DNA of 64,000 nt from Candidatus Endomicrobiellum cubanum (lineage in GTDB: Bacteria > Elusimicrobiota > Endomicrobiia > Endomicrobiales > Endomicrobiaceae), in NCBI GenBank assembly GCA_031269735.1, contig JAISYS010000008.1:16-64015 (forward strand). Direction: 5' to 3'. Positions 55,600 to 64,000 of the stretch are shown here, piece by piece. The position numbers and the translations under genes are program-made. The number at the start of each line of letters is the position of its first letter. The stretch's first letter is position 1. The notes below the pieces were generated by a model. That model did not search any database. It saw only the letters and a list, made by a program, of their open reading frames with translations, and was not told the DNA's origin.

Positions 55600-57354
55600 A
55601 TGTTGTTTTCTAAAATGTTAATACCCACATTAAGGGAAGCTCCCCAAGATGCTGATATCATTTCTGCTAAGTTAATGATAAGGGCAGGCATGATACGTAA
55701 ATTAGCATCTGGATTCTATGAATTTTTACCTTTAGGACTTAAAGCTTTAAAAAAAGTGGAAAATATTATAAGAGAAGAAATGAACAATGCTAATGGACAA
55801 GAAATATCTTTACCTTTGGTGCTTCCTAAAGACTTATGGCTTAAAACTGGCAGATGGAACGTTTATGGCAAAGAGCTTTTTAGGCTTAAAGACAGGAAAG
55901 AATCCGAGTTTTGTCTTGCTCCAACCGCAGAGGAAGTTGTTACAGAATTAATTAGTAAAGAAGTTAAGTCTTACAAACAGTTGCCATTGATGTTATACCA
56001 GTTTGGAACTAAATTTAGGGACGAAATCCGTCCCCGTTTTGGTATTATGCGTTCTAAGGAATTTTTAATGAAAGACGCATATTCTTTCCACGTAGACGAG
56101 TCAGATTTAGATACATATTACAAAAGAATGTACGATGCATATGTTAATATTTGTAATAGATGTGGTTTTAAATTTAGGCCTGCTGAGGCTGCAAGTGGAG
56201 CAATAGGTGGGTCACAGTCTTGCGAATTTATGGCTCTTGCAGATACAGGAGAAGAAGAAATTACTTGGTGTAATTGTGGGTATGGAGCAAACAGCGAAAA
56301 AGCAGAGAGCGTAATTGCTACTTTTTCTCCAAAAGAAGACCTTCTTAATATGGAGGAAGTTTCAACCCCCGATGCTTGCACTGTTAGTGATGTATCAAAG
56401 TTTTTAGGGATGTCTTATGAAAAGTTTATAAAAACTATGATTTATTTAGCAGATGGTATTCCAGTTGTTGTTTTAATAAGAGGTGATTACGACATAAACG
56501 AAATAAAACTCCAAAGTTTGCTTGAAGCAAACGAAGTTACCCTTGCTGACGAGGGAACTGTGATTTCTATAACGAAGTCTCCCAAGGGATTTGCAGGTCC
56601 TGTTGGTCTTAAAGATGTAAAAGTAATAGCGGATTTATCTGTAATAGAAATTTCAAATGCTGTAACAGGAGCAAACAAAAAAGATTTCCACATAAAAAAT
56701 GTAAATTACAAAAGAGACTATAAAGCTGACATAATAGCAGATGTTAGAAAAGTAAAGAAAGGGGATATTTGCCCAAAATGCAAAAAAGAAAGTTTACAAT
56801 TTTCTAGAGGTATAGAAATAGGTCATATATTTAAATTGGGCACAAAATATTCCAAAGCCTTAAATGCTGTATATCTAGATGTGCAAGGCAAAGACAATCT
56901 TGTTGTTATGGGTTGTTATGGTATAGGAGTTACAAGAATACTAGCTGCAACAATAGAACAGTCTCATGACGACAATGGTATAATTTGGCCGGATAATATT
57001 GCTCCTTTTGAAGTTGTTATTGTGCCGATAAACTATACTGATAAGCAGACAAAAGAAGTGACAGATGTAATTTATAAGGGATTGTCATGTAAAGGGCTAG
57101 ATGTTCTAATTGATGATAGAGATGAAAGGGCTGGTATTAAGTTTAAAGATGCAGATTTAATAGGCACACCTTACAGAATAGTAGTGAGTCAAAAAGGTTT
57201 ACTAAATAATACTGTTGAACTTAAACATAGAACTTCTGATAAAAATGCAATTAAACTATTAAACCCGCAAGATGCCATAAATGAAATATTGAGAATATAT
57301 AATAAAATAGATAATAAATTTATAGAGGCGAATTTCAATGAAAGATTTTTTTAA
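55600..57354 (+). CDS. proS: Proline-tRNA ligase (bacterial type with INS editing domain)
   Basis: 584 aa, class II motifs (FRDEIRPRFGIMRSKEF, GCYGIGVTR), ends in anticodon-binding domain. Confidence 0.96.
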   Translation: MLFSKMLIPTLREAPQDADIISAKLMIRAGMIRKLASGFYEFLPLGLKALKKVENIIREEMNNANGQEISLPLVLPKDLWLKTGRWNVYGKELFRLKDRKESEFCLAPTAEEVVTELISKEVKSYKQLPLMLYQFGTKFRDEIRPRFGIMRSKEFLMKDAYSFHVDESDLDTYYKRMYDAYVNICNRCGFKFRPAEAASGAIGGSQSCEFMALADTGEEEITWCNCGYGANSEKAESVIATFSPKEDLLNMEEVSTPDACTVSDVSKFLGMSYEKFIKTMIYLADGIPVVVLIRGDYDINEIKLQSLLEANEVTLADEGTVISITKSPKGFAGPVGLKDVKVIADLSVIEISNAVTGANKKDFHIKNVNYKRDYKADIIADVRKVKKGDICPKCKKESLQFSRGIEIGHIFKLGTKYSKALNAVYLDVQGKDNLVVMGCYGIGVTRILAATIEQSHDDNGIIWPDNIAPFEVVIVPINYTDKQTKEVTDVIYKGLSCKGLDVLIDDRDERAGIKFKDADLIGTPYRIVVSQKGLLNNTVELKHRTSDKNAIKLLNPQDAINEILRIYNKIDNKFIEANFNERFF

Positions 57355-58756
57355 GTTAAAAGATAATAATACAAGTTTGTCCACTGAGATTCTTGCAGGT
57401 CTTACTATATTTTTTACAATGGCTTATATAATTTTTGTGAACCCTGCTATTTTGTCTTTAAATCCAGGAATGTCGTGGACAAGCGTTTTTGTAGCCACAA
57501 TTTTAGCTTCGTCTGTAGGTACTATGATAATGTCTTTTTTTGCTAATGTTCCTTTTGCATTGGCCCCTGGCATGGGGGCTAATGCTTTTTTTACATTTGT
57601 TTTATGCAAACAAATGGGTTTTATATGGCAAGAAGCTCTTGCTATAGTTGTTCTATGCGGGTTGCTTATTATTCTTATTACAGTAACAAAAGTAAGGAAA
57701 GTTATTGTTGAAGCCATTCCTGATTTTCTTAAAGATGCTATAAGTGGAGGCATAGGTTTATTTATAGCTTATATTGGTTTTAAAAATGCATCGTTCTTAA
57801 ATTTTTTGTCAGACGCTGGTAATTATATTATGCTTGACAACGGCAGTGTGATTTCTAATAGCCAGGTGGTTCCTACATTAACTTTGTTTAATAATCCTCA
57901 TGCTTTGCTTGGCCTTATTGGATTAATAGTTACTGTAATTCTTTTTGTAAAAAAGGTAAAAGGAGCAATTTTTTTAGGAATAGTAATTTCTATTCTTTTT
58001 GGTATTCCTTTGGGTCTTGTTGATATTTCTAAGATAAGATTATTTGATTTTAGTTCTATTACATCAATTAAAGATGTTGCTTTTTGTGCGTTTGGTTCTA
58101 ATGGTATGGGGATGCTCTTCTCTGACATAAATAAAATAATAGCTACCTCGACGGCACTTCTGGCATTATTGCTTTCAGTAACATTTGATGCTATAGGCAC
58201 ATTTATAGGTACTGGCAGAATAAGTGGCATTTTTGATACCAAAGACGAAAATAAATTAATTTCTCAAAAAGGATTTTCTACAAAATTTGAGAAAGCTTTA
58301 TTTGCAGATGGACTAGCATCTTGTATAGGTGGTATATTGGGTACAAGTAGCGTTACAACTTATGTAGAAAGTGCTGCTGGAATTTCTCAAGGAGGCAGAA
58401 CTGGTCTTACAGCTTTTGTTGTAGCAGTAATGTTTTTGTTGTGTTTGCCTTTTGCATCTTTGTTTAGTATAGTCCCGCCAGAAGCTACAGCTCCAGCTTT
58501 AATTATTGTAGGCGTACTTATGATGTCTTCAGTAATGAGAATTAGATGGGCAGATTATCAAGAAGCCATTCCTGCATTTTTGACTTTAAGTGTTATGGCT
58601 TTTGCTTTTAATATAAGTTATGGAATAGCTGCAGGTTTTATATTTCATTGTATATTAAAACTAATTCAAAAAGAGGCAAAAGATATACACCCGATTTTAG
58701 CATGTACAGCGGTATTATTTTTGATTAATTTCATTATAATGGCAATTAGAAAATAA
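57338..58756 (+). CDS. NCS2/AzgA-family purine (adenine/guanine/hypoxanthine) permease
   Basis: 472 aa, polytopic. N-terminus FKLKDNNTSLSTEILAGLTIFFTMAYIIFVNP typical of the family; 17-nt overlap with proS. Confidence 0.85.
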   Translation: MKDFFKLKDNNTSLSTEILAGLTIFFTMAYIIFVNPAILSLNPGMSWTSVFVATILASSVGTMIMSFFANVPFALAPGMGANAFFTFVLCKQMGFIWQEALAIVVLCGLLIILITVTKVRKVIVEAIPDFLKDAISGGIGLFIAYIGFKNASFLNFLSDAGNYIMLDNGSVISNSQVVPTLTLFNNPHALLGLIGLIVTVILFVKKVKGAIFLGIVISILFGIPLGLVDISKIRLFDFSSITSIKDVAFCAFGSNGMGMLFSDINKIIATSTALLALLLSVTFDAIGTFIGTGRISGIFDTKDENKLISQKGFSTKFEKALFADGLASCIGGILGTSSVTTYVESAAGISQGGRTGLTAFVVAVMFLLCLPFASLFSIVPPEATAPALIIVGVLMMSSVMRIRWADYQEAIPAFLTLSVMAFAFNISYGIAAGFIFHCILKLIQKEAKDIHPILACTAVLFLINFIIMAIRK

Positions 58757-58811
58757 TGAGGACTATTAATTTTGATACTTCTCGAGAGTTAAAATATAAA
58801 CGAAACTTACA

Positions 58812-59513
58812 ATGAAAAAACTAATTTTTCTCATGTTGTTGTTTGCTCAAGCGCTTTATGCTTCTGAACAAATGGTTGAAATTTCTGTAGAAATTTCTGA
58901 AATAAATGAAAATAAAAGAAAAGAGTTGGGTATAGAGTGGCCTAGCTCAATTTCTGTTGAAGAAAATAACATTCCTGCTATAATAGAATCAGGTGCTTTC
59001 CTTAGAAAAACTAACTTTTCAGCGGCTCTTAAAGTCTTAGAAGATAAAGGCGCTTCAAAGGTTTTATCCAAACCTAAACTTATTACAAAATCTTCTACTA
59101 GTGCTAGTTTTATGGTTGGAGGGGAGTTCCCTATAGTTACAAATGGGCTAGGCACTTCTTCTGTTAAATGGAAAAAATATGGGATTATTATGAACATAAC
59201 ACCCACAGTTTTGAATAATAATAAGATTGATATTACAATTGATACAGAACTTTCAAGAATAGACAACTCTATAAATGTTGCAAATTATCCGGTTATTACA
59301 ACAAGGCAAGCTTCCTCCCATGTACAAATAAAAAATGGGCAGACAATAATTTTAGCTGGACTTTTAGAAACTTCAAAAGATAAATGTATTAAAGGTATTC
59401 CGTTGTTGTGCGATATTCCTTTGTTGGGCGCATTGTTTAGAACAACAAAGTACATTGATAAACAAACCAATGTTTTAATTTTTGTTACCCCGAATTTAAT
59501 TAAAAATGAGTAA
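58812..59513 (+). CDS. Minimal secretin: signal peptide plus secretin core only (233 aa)
   Basis: MKKLIFLMLLFAQALYA signal. ...AALKVLEDKGASKVLSKPKLITKSSTSASFMVGGEFPI...GIPLLCDIPLLGALFR...VLIFVTPNLI matches the secretin C-domain pattern. No N0/N1-type domains. Confidence 0.8.
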   Translation: MKKLIFLMLLFAQALYASEQMVEISVEISEINENKRKELGIEWPSSISVEENNIPAIIESGAFLRKTNFSAALKVLEDKGASKVLSKPKLITKSSTSASFMVGGEFPIVTNGLGTSSVKWKKYGIIMNITPTVLNNNKIDITIDTELSRIDNSINVANYPVITTRQASSHVQIKNGQTIILAGLLETSKDKCIKGIPLLCDIPLLGALFRTTKYIDKQTNVLIFVTPNLIKNE

Positions 59514-59697
59514 CTCTAAAGGTCAGACTTTACTTGAATTTGTTCTTGTTTTTGCCGTACTTCTTATGGCAACGTCAGGAACACTTATTTTGTATAAAAA
59601 ATTTTGGAAATCTAAATATAAAAAAGTTTCCATGTTTTCAGGAATAACAGCAAGTGCTTTAAAGATTTCAAAGCATAAGGCCAGTTATGTTAAATAG
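59506..59697 (+). CDS. Flp-sized prepilin-like protein (class III signal peptide / TadE-like N-terminus)
   Basis: 63 aa, MSNSKG-QTLLEFVLVFAVLLMATSG; 8-nt overlap with the secretin gene. Confidence 0.65.
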   Translation: MSNSKGQTLLEFVLVFAVLLMATSGTLILYKKFWKSKYKKVSMFSGITASALKISKHKASYVK

Positions 59698-60295
59698 GTT
59701 TAACAAAGGGCAAGCGTTCTTAGAAACATTGTTTGTTATTCTTTTTATAACAATTATAATGTTTACTTTTTTACAAATTTGCATTATAACTGTTGATGAT
59801 ATGGTCGCAAATGAAGTAGCGTTTGTTTCAGCCAGATCTGTAGCTGTTACGGAAAATAAGCTTAGGCTTAAAGAAGCCAAAGATAAAGCACAATTTTATA
59901 TATCGTTTTTTTATCCGTTTTCATTGTTTTCAAATAGTAATTTCAATCCTTCACATTTTGTTTTTGTAAGTAAAAAAGACTTTGAAAAAAACTTTTCTGT
60001 TCCTGATGCAAAAAATAACAAAGAATATATATTGGGTGAAGATTCTTCAGACAGTACAAATTTTGTAACGCTTTGGAAAGGCAAAAAGAAAGCAAAAGAT
60101 TATTCTGGCAAAGAACTATGTAAAGAAACTATAAAAATCTATTATTTTACGAGAGTCTTGTTCGGTTATTTAATTGCAAAGGACAATAGTATTAAAAATA
60201 GAAGGTATCAGTCTGCAAGAAATAGAATCATTCCTTCTCCAGATGAGAAATATTATTTAAAAGCATTTCCAGGAGCAAAAGAATTTGAAAAATAA
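59687..60295 (+). CDS. TadE/TadF-like pseudopilin-type protein
   Basis: 202 aa, MLNRFNKG-QAFLETLFVILFITIIMF...; 11-nt overlap with the upstream ORF. Confidence 0.6.
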   Translation: MLNRFNKGQAFLETLFVILFITIIMFTFLQICIITVDDMVANEVAFVSARSVAVTENKLRLKEAKDKAQFYISFFYPFSLFSNSNFNPSHFVFVSKKDFEKNFSVPDAKNNKEYILGEDSSDSTNFVTLWKGKKKAKDYSGKELCKETIKIYYFTRVLFGYLIAKDNSIKNRRYQSARNRIIPSPDEKYYLKAFPGAKEFEK

Positions 60296-61397
60296 ATTTC
60301 TAAAAAGCCATAAAGGACAAACTTTATATTACTTTTTAGTTTTTTTAATTATCCTTATTATTAGTTGGGCTATGATGTTAAATATTGCATATCTTATAAG
60401 AAACAGGATGCAAATGCAAAACGAAGCTGATTGCATGGCATTATCTTTAGCTACTTATAAAGCTAGGGTTTTAAATTTTTTAGCAAAGACAAATTATATG
60501 ATAGGGTCTGTCTTATCTTTAAGTACAAATCCAAGAATGATACAGTTATCATCTTATTCATCAGATAAAATAGGTGGGTGGCCTGCCAGTATGGCCCCAA
60601 GTTGCGAAAACCCAATGTCAGATATTGTACATGATGCAATTAATGTAGGGCGAAATAATAGCGTTGAAAAGACTAAACAAATCATTGAAACATTGCAAAA
60701 GTTTCAAGATATTGCAATAAAAAGTTATTTAACATATCACTATAGTATGCTTATAAATAAGAAGTATAATGTTTTGCTACTTCCTATAAAACCTGAGAAA
60801 AATTTAGGTTTAAAACGTAACTCAAAAGGTATGCAGTATTACTCTACAAAAAGTTATTGTTACTATATTGATCCCACAACACATTTTCATTTTTTAATAA
60901 GAAGCAAATATAAAAAAAGTAAGTATTCTTGGTTTGTCCAAGGAGACAAGTTCTACAATCAAAAGATTAAAGTTATTTTAAGACAAAAAAGAGCAAATAA
61001 AAAACCTTTATTTTCAAAATTTTTAAATATACAATATCCAGAAGTTATAATTTATTCTGCTGCAAGTCCGTATAATATAAAAGGAACAATGTTTCCCAGA
61101 AAAGAAGGGACTTTTACAGGCGCAACGAAATTAACTGCCTCTTTAGTGGAAACTTCGTCAGCTATACAGTATGCTTTAATGGCAAAATCCATTACCCAAC
61201 CAGCAACATTCCCTCCAGCAGGGCCCTTTATGGCCTTGGCAGAAGCTGGTTTATTTATAAATTATGCGGAAAGCAAAAGGGAAAGTATAAAATTAGTAAG
61301 CAATAAAGATAATCCAATAGATGCTTATCTTGGCGCAAAAAATGGTGGTTGGGCTGCCCATTTAGTACCATACAATGCTGTTAATGCGTATGATTAA
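60285..61397 (+). CDS. TadG-like protein (TadE/G-like N-terminal domain plus unassigned 300-aa C-terminal part)
   Basis: 370 aa, TTG start 9 nt after AGGAG. KSHKG-QTLYYFLVFLIILIISWAMMLNIAYLIRNRMQMQNEADCMALSLA resembles the TadG N-terminal pattern. Confidence 0.6.
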   Translation: MKNKFLKSHKGQTLYYFLVFLIILIISWAMMLNIAYLIRNRMQMQNEADCMALSLATYKARVLNFLAKTNYMIGSVLSLSTNPRMIQLSSYSSDKIGGWPASMAPSCENPMSDIVHDAINVGRNNSVEKTKQIIETLQKFQDIAIKSYLTYHYSMLINKKYNVLLLPIKPEKNLGLKRNSKGMQYYSTKSYCYYIDPTTHFHFLIRSKYKKSKYSWFVQGDKFYNQKIKVILRQKRANKKPLFSKFLNIQYPEVIIYSAASPYNIKGTMFPRKEGTFTGATKLTASLVETSSAIQYALMAKSITQPATFPPAGPFMALAEAGLFINYAESKRESIKLVSNKDNPIDAYLGAKNGGWAAHLVPYNAVNAYD

Positions 61398-61404
61398 TTT
61401 TTAT

Positions 61405-61433
61405 TTGACATTGTTTAGAGTTTTTTATACTAT
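61405..61433 (+). promoter_or_regulatory. Candidate promoter TTGACA-N17-TACTAT (or N15-TATACT) for tRNA-Thr
   Basis: ttgaca 61405-10; tatactat 61426-33; the tRNA starts 11 nt later. Confidence 0.45.
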
Positions 61434-61443
61434 CTATATATGT

Positions 61444-61516
61444 GCCGACGTAGCTCAGCTGGTAGAGCAGCGGTTTTGTAAACCGCAGGTCGCAGGTTCA
61501 AACCCTACCGTCGGCT
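61444..61516 (+). tRNA. tRNA-Thr (anticodon UGU), no encoded CCA
   Basis: Manual cloverleaf. Acceptor gccgacg/cgtcggc; D arm gctc-agctggta-gagc; anticodon arm gcggt-ttTGTaa-accgc; variable aggtc; T arm gcagg-ttcaaac-cctac (one C-A mismatch); discriminator t. Confidence 0.9.
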
Positions 61517-61548
61517 GATTTTTTTGTGATTTGAAAAATGAAGTTATC

Positions 61549-63085
61549 ATGAAAATAAAACTTAAAATTAGTTTAAGGATGGAGCTTGTTGTTCTAGTCG
61601 TTGCGATTGTTATATTTGTCGTGGCAGTTTTTTCTTACTTTTTTATTTCTACATATAAATCTTATTTTGTACAAACTTTTCAATTAAATACCAAAAGACA
61701 AACTTATAAACTTGCTGATTCAATTGTTAATAGTGTATCTTTAAAAAGAAATGATATTATAGAAGATTATATCGGCAATACAATACGAGAAAGTGACATT
61801 GTTTGTGTTGAAGTTTACGATAAAAACTTTAAGAAACTTGCAAGTTGTAAGATTTTAAATAAAACGTTAGAAGATATTTTAAATAATCACAAAATTAATG
61901 AGAAGGCTGATATTCTTTTTGGAAAGTCAAGAGCCATAGGATATTTTTATAAGTATAAAGGAAAAACTAGTGCTTTTGAGTATATAGCTCCTGTAATTTT
62001 TTATAGTAGTGGAAATACAGATGGCGAAATTATAGCTTTTGTAAGAGTTATTTCATCTTTTAAAAATATTGATAAAGCTTTAACAAAAATAATTAAAAAT
62101 ACTCTTTCTCTAGCAGTTTATGTTATTTTGATTAGCATAGTAGTATCTTTTTTTATTACAAGATTGTTTGTTGAGCCAATAAATAAAGTTATTAGTATTA
62201 CTAGACAAATATCACAGGGCGATTTTTCTAATAAAGTCCCCTTATTTAAAGAGATAGAATTGAGAGTTTTAGCTATATCTGTTAATATGATGTCTAGTCA
62301 TTTAAAGAGAGTTTTAGATGTATTGCACAGTGAAAAAGAAAGTTTATTAAATGCTCAAGAAAACTTAGAAATAAAAAACAAATCAAATAAAGAACTTGTT
62401 TTGAAAGAACGAAAAATGCATATAAAGTTAATAAAGGAAGAGCGTTTTTATACAATCGGTAGACTAGCAGGTTCTCTAGCACACGAAATTAAGAATCCTT
62501 TAACTAGCTTTAAAAATATTATTTATTTTATTTCAAAGACGGAAAATTTTAAAAATGAAGAAGCAAAAAAAATGTTTAATATGCTTACAGATAATGTGAC
62601 AAGAATTAATAATATTTTGACAGAGCTTTTGGATTATTCTGAACTGAATAGTTTAAACAAAACTCAAAATTGTATAGATGAATTAATTAATAAAGTCATT
62701 AAAACTATATATACCCAACAATATAAGGTTAAAAATGGATTTAAAGCATATTGCTGCTTTAACTGACAAAGAAAGTTTTAGAAAAGTAATAAGACATTTA
62801 ATTATAAATTCTGTAGATGCAATGCCATTTGGTGGTAATATCTTTATTTCTGCAGATAAAGTAGAAAATAAATTAGAGTTAAGAATAAGAGATACTGGTT
62901 TTGGTATTGATAGTGATATAATAAAGAATATTTATGAACCTTTATATACAACAAAAGTGAAAGGCGTAGGATTAGGATTGGCCATAGTAAAAGAAATTAT
63001 AGAAATGCATAAAGGCACAATCCTTTTAAATAGCAAAGTTGGTAAAGGTACGGAGTTTATTCTACATATTCCAGGTGTTTTGTAG
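61549..63085 (+). pseudogene. Membrane HAMP sensor histidine kinase split by a frameshift at an A5 run (62731-62735)
   Basis: ORF 1 (to 62766): 2 TM + periplasmic domain + HAMP + H-box LAHEIKNPL. ORF 2 (from 62735, next frame): HATPase_c (NSVDAMPFGGN, DTGFGI, GVGLGLAIV). Removing one A restores ...YKVKMDLKHIAALTDKE... Confidence 0.8.
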
Positions 63086-63086
63086 C

Positions 63087-63467
63087 ATGGAGATAAAATG
63101 TAAAATAAGCCCTACCATATTAGTTGTAGATGATGAAGATTCGTTGAGTTTTTCATTAATAAGTATTTTAAAGATGGAAGGTTATGAAGCTGTATCGGCA
63201 AATAGTGGTAAGAAAGCTATAGAGCTTATAAAAAATAATAAGTTTGATGCAGCCTTTTTTGATATAAGATTACCAGACATGAATGGTGTTGAATTGTTAA
63301 GAGAAGCAAAACTAATTAATAATAAACTAATTGTTATTATGATGACAGCATATGCATATAATGATCTTATAAAAACAGCAATACAAGAGGGAGCGTTTAG
63401 GTGTTTAAGAAAACCTTTTGAAGTTATAGAAATGCTGAATCTTGTGAGGAACTTATTTAAAGAATAA
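63087..63467 (+). CDS. Single-domain response regulator (CheY-like receiver, no output domain)
   Basis: ATG 63087 directly after the kinase stop. ILVVDDEDS...FFDIRLPDMNGVELL...IIMMTAY...KPF. Confidence 0.9.
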   Translation: MEIKCKISPTILVVDDEDSLSFSLISILKMEGYEAVSANSGKKAIELIKNNKFDAAFFDIRLPDMNGVELLREAKLINNKLIVIMMTAYAYNDLIKTAIQEGAFRCLRKPFEVIEMLNLVRNLFKE

Positions 63468-63540
63468 TTGTTTAAGGATTTAGCAGTCCTCTTAAATAAC
63501 TACTAATAGGTTATTTAGTTATGGAGGTTTAGTGATTAGG

Positions 63541-64000
63541 ATGAAAAAAATAAACCAGGAAATTTTTTCTGCTATAAATAAATTTTCTTCATTTGTGTCT
63601 CACGAACTAAAAAATTCTATTACAGTAATAAAAAATGCAGTATATTGTCTAGAAAATTCAGGAAAAAATTATAATAAAAAGCAAAGAGAAATGTTGCTAT
63701 TTTTAAATAAAGAAGTGGATAGAACTTACTCAAAAATAGTTTCGTTATTAGATGATACTAGAGTAAAATACCTTAATATGCAAATTGTTGACATCGGGGA
63801 ATTTGTACATAAAATATTGCTAGAGGTAAAAGATAAGAAATTTAAATTCAATGTAAATATAAGAGATAATGTCAAAGCAAGTGTGGATAAGAATAGATTT
63901 AGACAAGTAATTTTGATGATAATTGATAATGCAAAAGGTGCAATGCCTAATGGTGGAAACATTTCAATAGGTGTATATTCTTTAAAATATAAAGTTGTTG
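63541..64000 (+). CDS. Cytoplasmic histidine kinase, 5' part (runs off the window end)
   Basis: Not in ORF track (no stop in window). MKKINQEIFSAINKFSSFVSHELKNSITVI... H-box, later IIDNAKGAMPNGGNISI N-box. Confidence 0.8.
   Translation, partial: MKKINQEIFSAINKFSSFVSHELKNSITVIKNAVYCLENSGKNYNKKQREMLLFLNKEVDRTYSKIVSLLDDTRVKYLNMQIVDIGEFVHKILLEVKDKKFKFNVNIRDNVKASVDKNRFRQVILMIIDNAKGAMPNGGNISIGVYSLKYKVV

Overview
AT-rich (roughly one-third G+C by eye), gene-dense chromosomal segment of a diderm bacterium. Almost everything is coded on the + strand.

Core content, in order:
- tuf 3' end, then the S10-spc-alpha ribosomal-protein superoperon (rpsJ to rplQ, including secY, adk, map, infA, rpmJ). There is no L30 gene.
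- mreB-mreC-mreD-mrdA-rodA.
- infC-rpmI-rplT, then ktrB and ktrA.
- pheS and pheT.
- purQ, thrC, cinA, a NUDIX hydrolase, a BI-1-like membrane protein, engB and a dCMP deaminase.
- A minus-strand pair: an UhpC/GlpT-type antiporter followed by an outer-membrane porin.
- rpsB-tsf-pyrH-frr, a 56-aa 2x[4Fe-4S] ferredoxin, uppS-cdsA-dxr-rseP, then ispG-greA-proS and a purine permease.
- A secretin plus pseudopilin-like operon, tRNA-Thr(UGU), and a two-component cluster that runs off the 3' end.

Superimposed accessory and decay signals:
1. Two families of short intergenic inverted-repeat (MITE-like) elements. One has colonised even the r-protein superoperon. The other forms a composite element around a DUF4143-type AAA ATPase gene.
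2. A class II Fic gene on a 1.8-kb segment bounded by duplicated copies of the pheT terminator. It has an SD-sequestering alternative hairpin.
3. A 3.3-kb insertion between rseP and ispG. It carries a dead fic relic and an 827-aa soluble hybrid histidine kinase with an unassigned N-terminal domain.
4. Several inactivated genes: ktrA, an SDR gene between pheS and pheT, a HAMP histidine kinase, and the fic relic.
5. A 233-aa 'mini-secretin' translationally coupled to three KGQxxLE prepilin/TadE-G-like proteins, with no ATPase, platform or peptidase genes in the window.

No rRNA, CRISPR array, transposase or integrase gene was seen. The gene decay plus a sugar-phosphate antiporter suggests a host-associated, genome-reducing lineage (Endomicrobia/Elusimicrobia-like is a guess only).

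All repeat and motif coordinates were derived by eye and may be off by a few nt. No database search was possible.
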